From a virus: a stretch of DNA of 64,000 nt. Position 1 is the first letter of the stretch; every line of letters begins with the position of its first letter. Both the position numbers and the translations under genes were made by a program. Location: IMG/VR virus record IMGVR_UViG_3300027733_000049, positions 10,239 to 74,238 of that record, one strand, 5' to 3'. Below the pieces are notes generated by a model. The model was not told where the DNA came from, made no database searches, and worked only from the letters and a program-made list of their open reading frames with translations. Positions 39,009 through 47,928 of the stretch are shown piece by piece.

Positions 39009-39241
39009 TCATCCTCCCATTTAATAACATTGCGTGTTTCATACTCAAACCATTCCTGTTGTGTGTACGGGAAACGCCCATACTCTTTGCGGAACATAAC
39101 TGCATCGCAGTCAGGGCATCCCTTCATATACGTCTTGCATGGCTTGACGTCACGAATAAACCACATCGTGTTGCTGTCACCCATGAATGGCGGGTTTGCC
39201 ATGCGTGCCAATATCTTGTGCTTGTTCTTGCGTACTTTCAT
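39005..39241 (-). CDS. hypothetical protein with Cys cluster
   Basis: AGGAGG RBS; C....GCPDC. Confidence 0.6.
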   Translation of the reverse strand: MKVRKNKHKILARMANPPFMGDSNTMWFIRDVKPCKTYMKGCPDCDAVMFRKEYGRFPYTQQEWFEYETRNVIKWEDE

Positions 39242-39244
39242 TTG

Positions 39245-39418
39245 TTAACCTCCTAAGTTCCAAGATTTAGGGGGTATCTGTTTCAATACCTCCCTTGCGC
39301 ACTCAATGTCGTGAGACAAGGTTTCAATCATTGACCCCTCTTCTATGTAACTGTCGGCTGACTGCATGAGGTTGTTCAACGCTTCACCTAACAGTTCAAT
39401 CTTTTCTGCATCAGTCAT
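39245..39418 (-). CDS. 57-aa hypothetical protein, not in the ORF track
   Basis: MTDAEKIELLGEALNNLMQSAD...; AAGGAG RBS, ATGA overlap. Confidence 0.55.
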   Translation of the reverse strand: MTDAEKIELLGEALNNLMQSADSYIEEGSMIETLSHDIECAREVLKQIPPKSWNLGG

Positions 39419-39651
39419 ATATCACTCCTTAAGTTCTTTTGGTTTGTTTGTTTTAGCGTGATACTTATTGCCGCTTTTGTAACGTACATATATCCGCCCT
39501 TTTGATACTCTTGCACCACAGTCCACGACTTGCGCTCTACTTGTGCGGCTTGCTCACCACACATCAAACACAATCGGTAACCATTACCCCACCGTTCGAT
39601 GTGTATGTCATCACCACATTCACGGCACTCTCTCCAATCAGAATGGAACAT
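39415..39651 (-). CDS. zinc-finger protein (DksA/TraR C4-like)
   Basis: CRECGDDI..ERW..GYRLCLMCGE. Confidence 0.6.
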   Translation of the reverse strand: MFHSDWRECRECGDDIHIERWGNGYRLCLMCGEQAAQVERKSWTVVQEYQKGGYMYVTKAAISITLKQTNQKNLRSDI

Positions 39652-40012
39652 CTTGCATCTCCTCTACTACTTTCGTACTGTACGAAATCAAACCCACCGA
39701 ACCTTCACGCTGTACTACCTGCATATCCTCCAAGCACAACGATGTGGTACGTACACATGGGTGTAGCTGTGTCTTGTGCTTAGTTGTTGTACGGCTGTAC
39801 TTGGTGCTGTTCTCGTACCATGTGTCCGACAATGGCTCGTATATAAACAATGGGAAGTTGTAGCGATACGAATACACGACATACCGTTTCACAATGTCCC
39901 GTGTCCCGTCAATGCCTTGCTCGTACCACTCACTAAAGATGTTCGAACCTCTGAACACCTTGTGTTCTCTTACATACTCCCGAGCATCACGGTTTGCTAT
40001 GTGCTTAGTCAT
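39638..40012 (-). CDS. hypothetical protein
   Basis: ATG at 40012 after AAGGGG; YVVYSY...PL, YSRTTTKH. Confidence 0.7.
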   Translation of the reverse strand: MTKHIANRDAREYVREHKVFRGSNIFSEWYEQGIDGTRDIVKRYVVYSYRYNFPLFIYEPLSDTWYENSTKYSRTTTKHKTQLHPCVRTTSLCLEDMQVVQREGSVGLISYSTKVVEEMQDVPF

Positions 40013-40044
40013 TTGTTTCCCCTTTCGTACGGTACGAAACCGCT

Positions 40045-40209
40045 TTACGCATACCATTTATAAATGCGGTGATACTCATCCACCACATCACCATACCCAA
40101 GTGTGAAAAGTAATTGGCACAAGACAACATCCGCTTCCTTGTGCGCTACCTCTACATCAAGGTCTTTCCCTAATGTCTTTAGCGTTTCGATTGCTTCTTC
40201 TCTCGTCAT
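40045..40209 (-). CDS. 54-aa hypothetical protein, not in the ORF track
   Basis: MTREEAIETLK...EVAHKEADVVLC.LL..LGY.DVV..Y....KWYA. Confidence 0.6.
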   Translation of the reverse strand: MTREEAIETLKTLGKDLDVEVAHKEADVVLCQLLFTLGYGDVVDEYHRIYKWYA

Positions 40210-40619
40210 TCCTCTACCTCCTGTGGTGTGTATGTCATGTCATAAAAACCTGATGCGTATTGGCTGTCCTGCTTGCCGAATCGGAAACCTACGTATCTGT
40301 ACGTACCATCGGGGCGTTTGCTACACGCATAGAAAAACCCTTTCGGATACTGCGATCTGTACAGCATGGCGTTCCTCGCCCATTGCGCACGGGTTTGTTC
40401 AATCCTTGCGTCTTTCCATTCATCGTAATAACCGCCTGCATACCAGTCGTTGATCTCGTATCGAGCACGATACAAGTCCCAGTCCTCATACTTGTGGTTT
40501 TGCAACCACTCAGGCACAACATCTGCAAGTGCGTTGTACATCTCGTAATCACTCAGCACGATGCTGTCAGGGAACTCGCCCATCTGCGCTTCCAATAATG
40601 ATTTGTATTTCATTTCCAT
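40206..40619 (-). CDS. hypothetical protein
   Basis: 137-aa ORF, GGGAG RBS. Confidence 0.65.
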   Translation of the reverse strand: MEMKYKSLLEAQMGEFPDSIVLSDYEMYNALADVVPEWLQNHKYEDWDLYRARYEINDWYAGGYYDEWKDARIEQTRAQWARNAMLYRSQYPKGFFYACSKRPDGTYRYVGFRFGKQDSQYASGFYDMTYTPQEVEE

Positions 40620-40792
40620 TCTCCCTTCATTAACTTCTGTTCGTCACGTCTAGCTACTTTCAACGCTTTCGTACGGTACGAATCTAGCTTGACATTATTC
40701 TGTCGGTCAGAAGTTGTATCGCTGACAAAGCCACACCACAACATCTTGTCACGATGTTTGTTATTGATTAACTTGCGTTCGAGCTTGTTCAT
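40610..40792 (-). CDS. hypothetical protein, first ORF of the early operon
   Basis: AAAGGA RBS. Confidence 0.55.
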   Translation of the reverse strand: MNKLERKLINNKHRDKMLWCGFVSDTTSDRQNNVKLDSYRTKALKVARRDEQKLMKGEWK

Positions 40793-40799
40793 GAGAGTC

Positions 40800-41540
40800 C
40801 TTTCGGTTGGTTGATTGAATAGTGGTCATGACGCCACCGCATAGCACACAACCAAGTGTGCTACACGCTATCGTCTCTTACGGGTTAGAGTCAACATAAC
40901 CCGCTGTCGTAATTGGTAGTTCTGTTGTGACTTGTACGCATGGCTTGAGCATTTGGTTTTTTACTAACTGCGATAGTGTTTGTCGTTGCCACATCTCCCG
41001 TTCGTACAGTACGAAAGGCTTGGCTTCCTAGTGGTTGTTGGTATGTGTTCGGCATTGTCATAGGACATACTTCGGGTTTCCCCAAGATTGATAGTCCCGT
41101 GTTGTGTATATAGACAACACTCTCACATACATACTCCACGTTAGGGCTGTTGCGTTATTAGCGCAGAGCAACCCACACATTTAGGCAGTATCTACATTAG
41201 CTTGCACATCGCTATCGGTTGTGTTCGGTGCGATACAGCACACTACTAACCTACACCACGATGTACTCCGACTGACTACGGAACGCCTATTCACTCCATG
41301 TAAGGTGTCATGGGTGAGTACATATCGTGGGCTTCGCAATCCATCCTATACATATACACCTGTCAACCTGTGGGCTTCTTGCATCAAGCAAGCGGCAGTT
41401 TGGTTCGTTGCGGTTACCCCAACTTTCGTACAGTACGAAAGCCAGAGAGGTTGCAACTGGTCTAGCAGATTTTTAAAGAGCGTGTGGTGTACCACCGACT
41501 TTCGTACTGTACGAAAGCGTCATAGGGAAATGTTCCAAAT
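40800..41540 (-). ncRNA. long, hairpin-rich early leader (candidate ncRNA)
   Basis: No convincing ORF; at least 6 stems, a boxA and three 17-bp palindromes. Confidence 0.4.
41473..41482 (-). promoter_or_regulatory. boxA antitermination element
   Basis: CGCTCTTTAA about 60 nt downstream of the predicted TSS. Confidence 0.65.
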
Positions 41541-41548
41541 GAGCTTTA

Positions 41549-41577
41549 ATTATACTAGGTTTACGCTACTTTGTCAA
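41549..41577 (-). promoter_or_regulatory. consensus sigma70 early promoter
   Basis: TTGACA-17-TATAAT, exact, on the - strand. Confidence 0.88.
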
Positions 41578-41618
41578 GCTGTTACTAGTTAGATATGGGG
41601 GGTATAACAGCACATTAG

Positions 41619-41926
41619 TTCTGCAATATTCTAGAGGGGAGAATAAAGGTAAGTCGTTGATTCATAAGGGTTTATTGATGCTTTTTTTTGTTTTATTCTA
41701 ATATTCTTGGTTTTTGGGGTTAAGCGAGACAATAAGCAAAGGTGAACAAGAACACGAGAAAACATCTGTGTGCATACACGTAAGAATGTATAAATACCAA
41801 AATAAATTTGGGGTGTATATATATTTATTTAAAGAATAATAGAATAATAGGGGTCAAAACCTTTGCAAGTGCTTGATTTCATTGAGGTTTGTTTTATTCT
41901 CATGCAGAGAATATTGCAGAATAATT
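41619..41926. other. candidate replication origin (AT-rich, AGAATA iterons, two IHF sites)
   Basis: 14-bp inverted repeat TTCTGCAATATTCT (41619) / AGAATATTGCAGAA (41908); WATCAANNNNTTR on the - strand at 41650 and 41866. Confidence 0.5.
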
Positions 41927-42003
41927 AGCGAGTAATACGGCATCGTACTGCCGTTACGTTTCGTACAGTACGAAAGTTCTAAGTTTCAGCACGTCCCACA
42001 AAG

Positions 42004-42210
42004 AGGTTACAGGTTTCGTACGGTACGAAAGTCAAGCTGGTATAAGTAGTAGTATCTGTAACACTATCTAGTGACACGCAGTACGACCCACAGTAAGGTT
42101 ACAGGTTTCCGTGGGGTTTCGTACTGTACGAAAGTTTGGTGGGTGTTGAGCGACCCACGATGTGCATACTGCCCACATCTTGTACGGCACGCGGTAAGGT
42201 TACAGGTTTC
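42004..42210 (+). repeat. three direct repeats AGGTTACAGGTTTC
   Basis: At 42004, 42096 and 42197. Confidence 0.85.
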
Positions 42211-42224
42211 AAAAGTTTGAGACG

Positions 42225-42256
42225 AAAAAAAACCCCCAACCTTTCGGTCAGGGGTT
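42225..42256 (-). terminator. intrinsic terminator
   Basis: CCCCUGACC-GAAA-GGUUGGGGG followed by U8 on the - strand. Confidence 0.8.
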
Positions 42257-42269
42257 TTGGGACTGAAGA

Positions 42270-42776
42270 TTACTTCAGTTTGATGCCAGAGGCTTCAAGG
42301 TAAGATTTGATCCCTTCATGCAAGGTATCAAACTCAGCGTTTTCATAACTTGTTTGCAAGTCATCCATGAAGCCTTCGAAGTCAGCGTCACGATAAACAG
42401 TTGCCAGTTTATCTGCAAACTCTTTTTTGCCTTTGGCGGCATTGGACGTGCCGCCTGCTTTCTTAGCACGTTGCAAGTTCCAATCGGTGACTGGCTTGCC
42501 TGATTCGACCGCCTTTTTAAAGGTGGGCAAATAGGTTTTCTGCGCCGTGCTTTGAGTCAAGCCTGAAGCCATGCAACCATCGACAAAGGCAGTTGCCAAA
42601 CCGCAACCAGTACCATCCTTTTTGTAAGTGCCAATCTTTGCCTTGGCTTTATGCAAAGCCAAGATGTTGTTATTGGCTTCAGTCTTAAAAGCTTCAGCAG
42701 ATGCCAAAGCTTTATTCATGTTGCCAACAGATGCGCCACAGGCTTGCGCCAAGGATGTCAGGGAAAGTGCGCTCAT
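42270..42776 (-). CDS. hypothetical protein, monocistronic
   Basis: ATG at 42776 after GAAAGGAAA; own terminator; the track extension to 43022 is unlikely. Confidence 0.75.
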   Translation of the reverse strand: MSALSLTSLAQACGASVGNMNKALASAEAFKTEANNNILALHKAKAKIGTYKKDGTGCGLATAFVDGCMASGLTQSTAQKTYLPTFKKAVESGKPVTDWNLQRAKKAGGTSNAAKGKKEFADKLATVYRDADFEGFMDDLQTSYENAEFDTLHEGIKSYLEASGIKLK

Positions 42777-43229
42777 GATGTTTCCTTTCAAAGAGCATCG
42801 GGGGAAACGAACGTCTCCGCAACCGACAACTGAACTGTACCTGAACCATACCAGTTTGCACGGGATAGCCCTACCCTTACAGCATTTTCGTACTGTACGA
42901 AAGTCGATACCCCCACCCCCAAGATATAGGGATTGGTTCCATGGCGAGTATGTGTACTGAGAATTGCTCGTTACAACACCATTTTTCAAATCACCCATAC
43001 ATATATACAAACAAAAACACACCCCCCATCTATGTTAGATGTAGTTCAAACATACCTCAACATCTTGAGGGGGGTACCCCCATACGAAAACGTCTGTACT
43101 TATTAATAAGTACCAACACAAAAACACCCCCCGGTAAGGGGACCCAAAAGGGTAGTCGTAAAAAAATTTTGTATTTTTTAAAATTTGATGGTACAGTCGC
43201 CCCATTCCCGTTAACCTCGGTGCAAAAAT

Positions 43230-43865
43230 TTGGACGCGATTCTTGTTACACCAGAATTAAATGTGCCCCCGCCATCTAAGATGACAAGCGAGGAGATTCA
43301 CGATTTGCGTGAACGGGCGCAGCGTCTCTTTAATACAGTAGAGTTCTTAGAAGCCAACGGTCTGGATACATCCAACCTTCAAGTTTCAAGCACAGACAAA
43401 AAAGCTGTAAGGGCTGTGTTTACAGACAGTCCTACTGGGGATCCTAAAGACGTTAATACACCGGCACGTGCCTTGATGCTCAAGGCGTTGTTGGATGAAT
43501 ACGACTTCGATGTGATACGGAACGCACAGCAGCTGCGCTCTTATATAAAGCTTAAGCTGTTGGAGCTAAGTACATCTAACCAAGAAAAGACACAACTCAA
43601 GGCACTGGACATGTTGGGCAAATTGTCGGACGTGGGGGCCTTTGTTGAACGGATCGAAGTCAATATAACTCACCGTACAACAGAAGAGTTGGAGAACGAG
43701 TTGGCCAGAAAGCTCACTGCATACATGAGTGACATCATTGATGTGGACACAAAAGATGTGTTAGCCAGTTATGACCCCTTACCAGATGCACCAGCAGTTG
43801 AAGTAATTGATCTGGATGCAGAACTGGGTGAAGTTGTCTTGGACGACGAGGGTGTGGATGACTGA
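43230..43865 (+). CDS. terS: terminase small subunit (putative)
   Basis: Directly upstream of terL; LKALDMLGKL..VG.F.ERIEV. Confidence 0.55.
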   Translation: MDAILVTPELNVPPPSKMTSEEIHDLRERAQRLFNTVEFLEANGLDTSNLQVSSTDKKAVRAVFTDSPTGDPKDVNTPARALMLKALLDEYDFDVIRNAQQLRSYIKLKLLELSTSNQEKTQLKALDMLGKLSDVGAFVERIEVNITHRTTEELENELARKLTAYMSDIIDVDTKDVLASYDPLPDAPAVEVIDLDAELGEVVLDDEGVDD

Positions 43866-45423
43866 GCATCGCAAAATATTTGAAGACCCTGAAGTAATTG
43901 AACGGGTAAGGCAGATGACCCCCGTTCAGTTGCAGGCACTGGTCAGAAGGTTCCCAGTTGATGAACAGTCAGCGGTCACAGAAATACTAGAAGAACTCAA
44001 GACCCGTAAGATTCGCGCAAAAGCACAAGACGACTTCATGGAGTTTGTGGGGGCGGTGTGGCCGACGTTCATTAATGGGGCGCACCACCGAAGAATGGCC
44101 AAGGCGTTTGAAGAAGTTGCCAATGGGACGGTGAAAAGGCTGATCATTAACATGCCACCACGCCATACCAAGTCAGAATTTGCCTCGTACCTGCTCCCAG
44201 CTTGGTTTTTAGGTAAATTTCCGCATAAAAAAGTGATCCAAACGTCCCATACAGCTGAATTGGCGACTGGATTTGGCCGAAAAGTGCGAAATTTGGTCGA
44301 TTCTGAGGCTTATAAGCGTATTTTTCCCACAATTGAGCTTCAAACTGACTCAAAAGCTGCGGGGCGGTGGAACACAAACTTCGGTGGCGACTATTTTGCG
44401 ATCGGTGTTGGCGGTGCAGTGACTGGTAAGGGCGCTGACGTACTAATAATAGATGACCCGCACTCAGAACAAGAGGCCGCGATCGGTGCATACAACCCAG
44501 AGGTGTATGACAAGGTGTATGAGTGGTACACGTCCGGTCCTCGGCAACGTCTTCAGCCGGGTGGGGCGATTGTGATCGTTATGACACGCTGGTCACTGCG
44601 TGATTTGACCGCTCAAGTGATAAAAGCAGCCGCCCAAAGGGGTGGTGAAGAGTGGAAAGTCATTGAATTTCCGGCAATTTTGCCCAATGAAAAACCACTT
44701 TGGCCTGAGTTTTGGCCCTTAGATCAGTTAATTTCACTGCGTGATGAGTTGCCAAGTGGCAAGTGGATGGCTCAATATCAGCAGCAGCCAACGTCAGAAC
44801 AAGGCGCGATTGTCAAAAGAGAGTGGTGGAAGTGGTGGGAAGATGATCGTCCGCCGTCATGTAGTTTTATTATTCAGTCTTGGGACACAGCACATGAGCT
44901 TAAGAAGATCAATGACTATTCTGCGGTGACAACGTGGGGGGTATTCTACGACCAAGAGGATCGAAATCTACCTAATTTGATCCTGTTAAATGCAGCCAAG
45001 CGCCGGGTGGAGTTCCCAGAGTTAAAAGCATGGGCGTTTGAAGAATGGGAAGAATGGGACCCCGATTCGTTCTTGGTTGAGAAAAAAGCGGCAGGTGCGC
45101 CACTCATTCAGGAATTTCGAGCAATGGGAATCCCAGTCCAAGAATTCAGTCCCGGCAAGGGACAAGACAAGATCACCAGACTAAATGCAGTTGCAGATAT
45201 ATTCAGGTCAGGTAAAGTATGGGCACCGCAGACACGCTGGGCGGAAGAACTCGTGGACGAAGTTGCGTCTTTTCCATCTGGAGAACATGATGACTTGGTT
45301 GACTCGATGACATTAGCGCTCATGCGTTTTAGGCAAGGTGGGTATCTCAAACTTCCAAGTGATGAAGAAGACGAGATTCAATGGTTCAAAGGTTACCGCC
45401 GTGAGCGGTTTTACACAGTTTAA
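43858..45423 (+). CDS. terL: terminase large subunit
   Basis: INMPPRHTKSE, GGAVTGKGAD..IIDDP, MTRW, QSWDTA, HDDLVDS. Confidence 0.93.
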   Translation: MTEHRKIFEDPEVIERVRQMTPVQLQALVRRFPVDEQSAVTEILEELKTRKIRAKAQDDFMEFVGAVWPTFINGAHHRRMAKAFEEVANGTVKRLIINMPPRHTKSEFASYLLPAWFLGKFPHKKVIQTSHTAELATGFGRKVRNLVDSEAYKRIFPTIELQTDSKAAGRWNTNFGGDYFAIGVGGAVTGKGADVLIIDDPHSEQEAAIGAYNPEVYDKVYEWYTSGPRQRLQPGGAIVIVMTRWSLRDLTAQVIKAAAQRGGEEWKVIEFPAILPNEKPLWPEFWPLDQLISLRDELPSGKWMAQYQQQPTSEQGAIVKREWWKWWEDDRPPSCSFIIQSWDTAHELKKINDYSAVTTWGVFYDQEDRNLPNLILLNAAKRRVEFPELKAWAFEEWEEWDPDSFLVEKKAAGAPLIQEFRAMGIPVQEFSPGKGQDKITRLNAVADIFRSGKVWAPQTRWAEELVDEVASFPSGEHDDLVDSMTLALMRFRQGGYLKLPSDEEDEIQWFKGYRRERFYTV

Positions 45424-45432
45424 GGAATAGTC

Positions 45433-47928
45433 ATGTTGGACAAAGCACTGTATCAGACACCCGAAGGGTATGGCTCAATGGGACAAGACCCCATTGAAAT
45501 TGAAATTGAAAACCCTGATGAGGTCAGTATTGGCATTGGTGGTATGGAGATTAATTTAAAGCCAGAACGTGAAACAGCAGATGACTTTGATGTTAACTTG
45601 GCAGAATATTTAGATGATTCATATTTGCAGTCTTTGGGTGAAGAACTTGTAGAAGACTTTGATAAAGACATCAACGACCGCAAAGATTGGATGCAGACTT
45701 ATGTGGATGGTTTGAAGTTACTTGGTTTAAAATATGAGGACAGGACAGAGCCATGGCAAGGTGCATGTGGTGTATTCCACCCACTGCTCACTGAGTCAGT
45801 TGTTCGCTTCCAAAGTGAAGGCATCATGGAGACATTCCCTGCTGCTGGCCCTGTTAAGACTGTTATTCTTGGTAAAGACACACCTGAAAAAGAAGATGCA
45901 GCCACTCGCGTGCGCGAGGACATGAATTATCAACTTACAGATGTGATGTATGAGTACCGTCCAGAACATGAAAAGATGTTGTGGAATCTGCCAATCGCAG
46001 GATCGGCATTCAAGAAGGTGTACTACGACCCAGCCAAAGGCCGTCAGATGGCAGTGTTTATTCCTGCAGAAGACATTGTCGTGCCTTATGGCGCGTCTAA
46101 CTTAGAGACATCCCCCCGCGTAGCGCATGTGATGCGTAAGACAGAGAACGAGATTTTGCAGTTGCAAGATGCTGGGTTCTACATGGACATTGAGTTGGGT
46201 GATCCCACACATGAGCTTGATGACATTGAGAAGCAAAAAGCTGAAGAGACGGGCATGTCTGCGATTGATGATGATCGCTTCCGCATTTTGGAGATGCACG
46301 TTGATATTGACTTGCCCGGCTACGAGCATAAGAACAAGAAGGGTAAGCCCACTGGGATTGCTCTGCCTTATGTAATTACAGTTGAGAAGGGCACTCGTAA
46401 GATTTTGGCAGTGCGCCGCAACTGGTACGAGGGTGATGAGCTGCATATGAAGCGCCAGCACTTTGTACATTACCAATATATACCGGGGTTTGGCTTCTAT
46501 GGATACGGACTTATCCACCTCATCGGCGGTTACGCTAAGTCAGCGACTATGCTCATACGTCAGTTGGTTGACGCTGGCACTTTGTCTAATCTACCCGGTG
46601 GTCTTAAGTCTCGCGGTCTACGGATCAAGGGGGACGACACACCGATTGCACCGGGTGAATGGCGAGACGTGGATGTGCCCTCCGGCAGTATTAGAGACAA
46701 CATTTTGCCTCTGCCCTACAAAGAACCAAGTCAGGTTCTTTACACACTGTTTGACCGCATAGTTCAAGAAGGTCGTCAGTTTGCGTCCGCTGGTGACATG
46801 AAGGTGAGTGACATGAGTGCGCAAGCGCCTGTGGGAACTACCTTGGCAATTTTGGAGCGTACTCTTAAAGTGATGGGCGCTGTGCAAGCTCGTATGCACT
46901 ACACAATGAAGCAAGAGTTCAAACTCTTGAAAGTGATCATTGCAGAGTTCACACCTGATGAGTATTCGTACGAACCAGAAGAAGGCTCACGCAAAGCACG
47001 TAGATCAGACTATGACAGCGTAGATGTGATCCCCGTGTCAGATCCTAATGCGTCAACAATGGCGCAGAAAATCGTGCAGTATCAAGCTGCACTGCAGTTA
47101 GCGCAAACAGCGCCGCAACTCTACAACTTACCCCTCTTACATCGCCAGATGATTGAGGTGCTAGGCATCAAGAATGCCAACAAACTGATCCCAGTTGATG
47201 AAGATCAAGTACCAACAGATCCAATTACTGAGAACCAAAACCTGCTGACAATGAAGCCCGTCAAAGCGTTTATGGAACAAAACCATGAAGCGCACATCAA
47301 GTCTCACATGGCAGCAATACAAAACCCCAAGATTATGCAGTTGATGCAGATGAACCCACAGGCGCAGGCTATTCAAGCTGCGGCAATGGCTCACATCAAC
47401 GAGCACATTGCGTTTGAGTATCGTCGTCAGATTGAAGAAGAGATGGGTCATATCCTCCCAACAGAGGACCAAAACAAAGCAGTGCCGCCAGAGTTGGCAG
47501 ATCAGATTGCGTCTATGGTAGCGCAAGCGTCAGAGAAGTTGATGCAGCGCGACACGCAAGAAGCCAAACAACAACAAGCCCAGCAGCAGATGCAGGACCC
47601 AGTTGTGCAGATGCAGATGCAAGAACTCCAGCTCAAAGGTCAAGAGTTGCAGCTTAAACAGCAGAAGCAACAGATTGATGCGGCAGAGAAAGCCGATCGC
47701 ATTCGTGTGGAAGAGTCTCGCATTGAGGCTCAGAAACAGATTGCTGCAATGCAGGTCGCGGCTACAGCCGCTGCAAACAAAGACAAGGCACAACGCCAAC
47801 AGGAAACTGAAGGCATGCGTATTGGTGCAGAAATCGCCAAGCACAAAGCACAGATGTCTTCACAAAACGCGCAACGGGCAGCGCAGTCTAAACAGCCTAG
47901 CAAATTCCCTAAAAAGGAAACTGAGTGA
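45433..47928 (+). CDS. portal protein
   Basis: 831 aa after terL; PW.GACGVFHPLL, GSAFKKVYYD; long Q-rich C-terminal coiled coil (P22-like barrel). Confidence 0.85.
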   Translation: MLDKALYQTPEGYGSMGQDPIEIEIENPDEVSIGIGGMEINLKPERETADDFDVNLAEYLDDSYLQSLGEELVEDFDKDINDRKDWMQTYVDGLKLLGLKYEDRTEPWQGACGVFHPLLTESVVRFQSEGIMETFPAAGPVKTVILGKDTPEKEDAATRVREDMNYQLTDVMYEYRPEHEKMLWNLPIAGSAFKKVYYDPAKGRQMAVFIPAEDIVVPYGASNLETSPRVAHVMRKTENEILQLQDAGFYMDIELGDPTHELDDIEKQKAEETGMSAIDDDRFRILEMHVDIDLPGYEHKNKKGKPTGIALPYVITVEKGTRKILAVRRNWYEGDELHMKRQHFVHYQYIPGFGFYGYGLIHLIGGYAKSATMLIRQLVDAGTLSNLPGGLKSRGLRIKGDDTPIAPGEWRDVDVPSGSIRDNILPLPYKEPSQVLYTLFDRIVQEGRQFASAGDMKVSDMSAQAPVGTTLAILERTLKVMGAVQARMHYTMKQEFKLLKVIIAEFTPDEYSYEPEEGSRKARRSDYDSVDVIPVSDPNASTMAQKIVQYQAALQLAQTAPQLYNLPLLHRQMIEVLGIKNANKLIPVDEDQVPTDPITENQNLLTMKPVKAFMEQNHEAHIKSHMAAIQNPKIMQLMQMNPQAQAIQAAAMAHINEHIAFEYRRQIEEEMGHILPTEDQNKAVPPELADQIASMVAQASEKLMQRDTQEAKQQQAQQQMQDPVVQMQMQELQLKGQELQLKQQKQQIDAAEKADRIRVEESRIEAQKQIAAMQVAATAAANKDKAQRQQETEGMRIGAEIAKHKAQMSSQNAQRAAQSKQPSKFPKKETE

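Larger units (their letters stand above)
29464..42902. repeat. dispersed 17-bp palindrome TTTCGTAC-N-GTACGAAA, 16 copies
   Basis: Starts at 29464, 34665*, 35214, 36472, 37658, 38598, 39671, 40023, 40667*, 41000*, 41424, 41500, 41959, 42014, 42117, 42886 (* = one terminal mismatch). Confidence 0.95.

Noticed and set aside
40891-41139. 82-aa ORF in the early leader
   Set aside because: No clear RBS, no coupling to neighbours, and it overlaps many hairpins; likely spurious
41424-42210. CRISPR-like array made of the palindromes or 14-bp repeats
   Set aside because: Repeats are only 14-17 bp, spacing is irregular (55-459 bp), copies also lie inside genes, and there are no cas genes; the Cas4-like nuclease sits in the normal replication module
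42777-43022. N-terminal extension of ORF 42270-43022
   Set aside because: The strong RBS precedes ATG 42776; the extension crosses regulatory DNA
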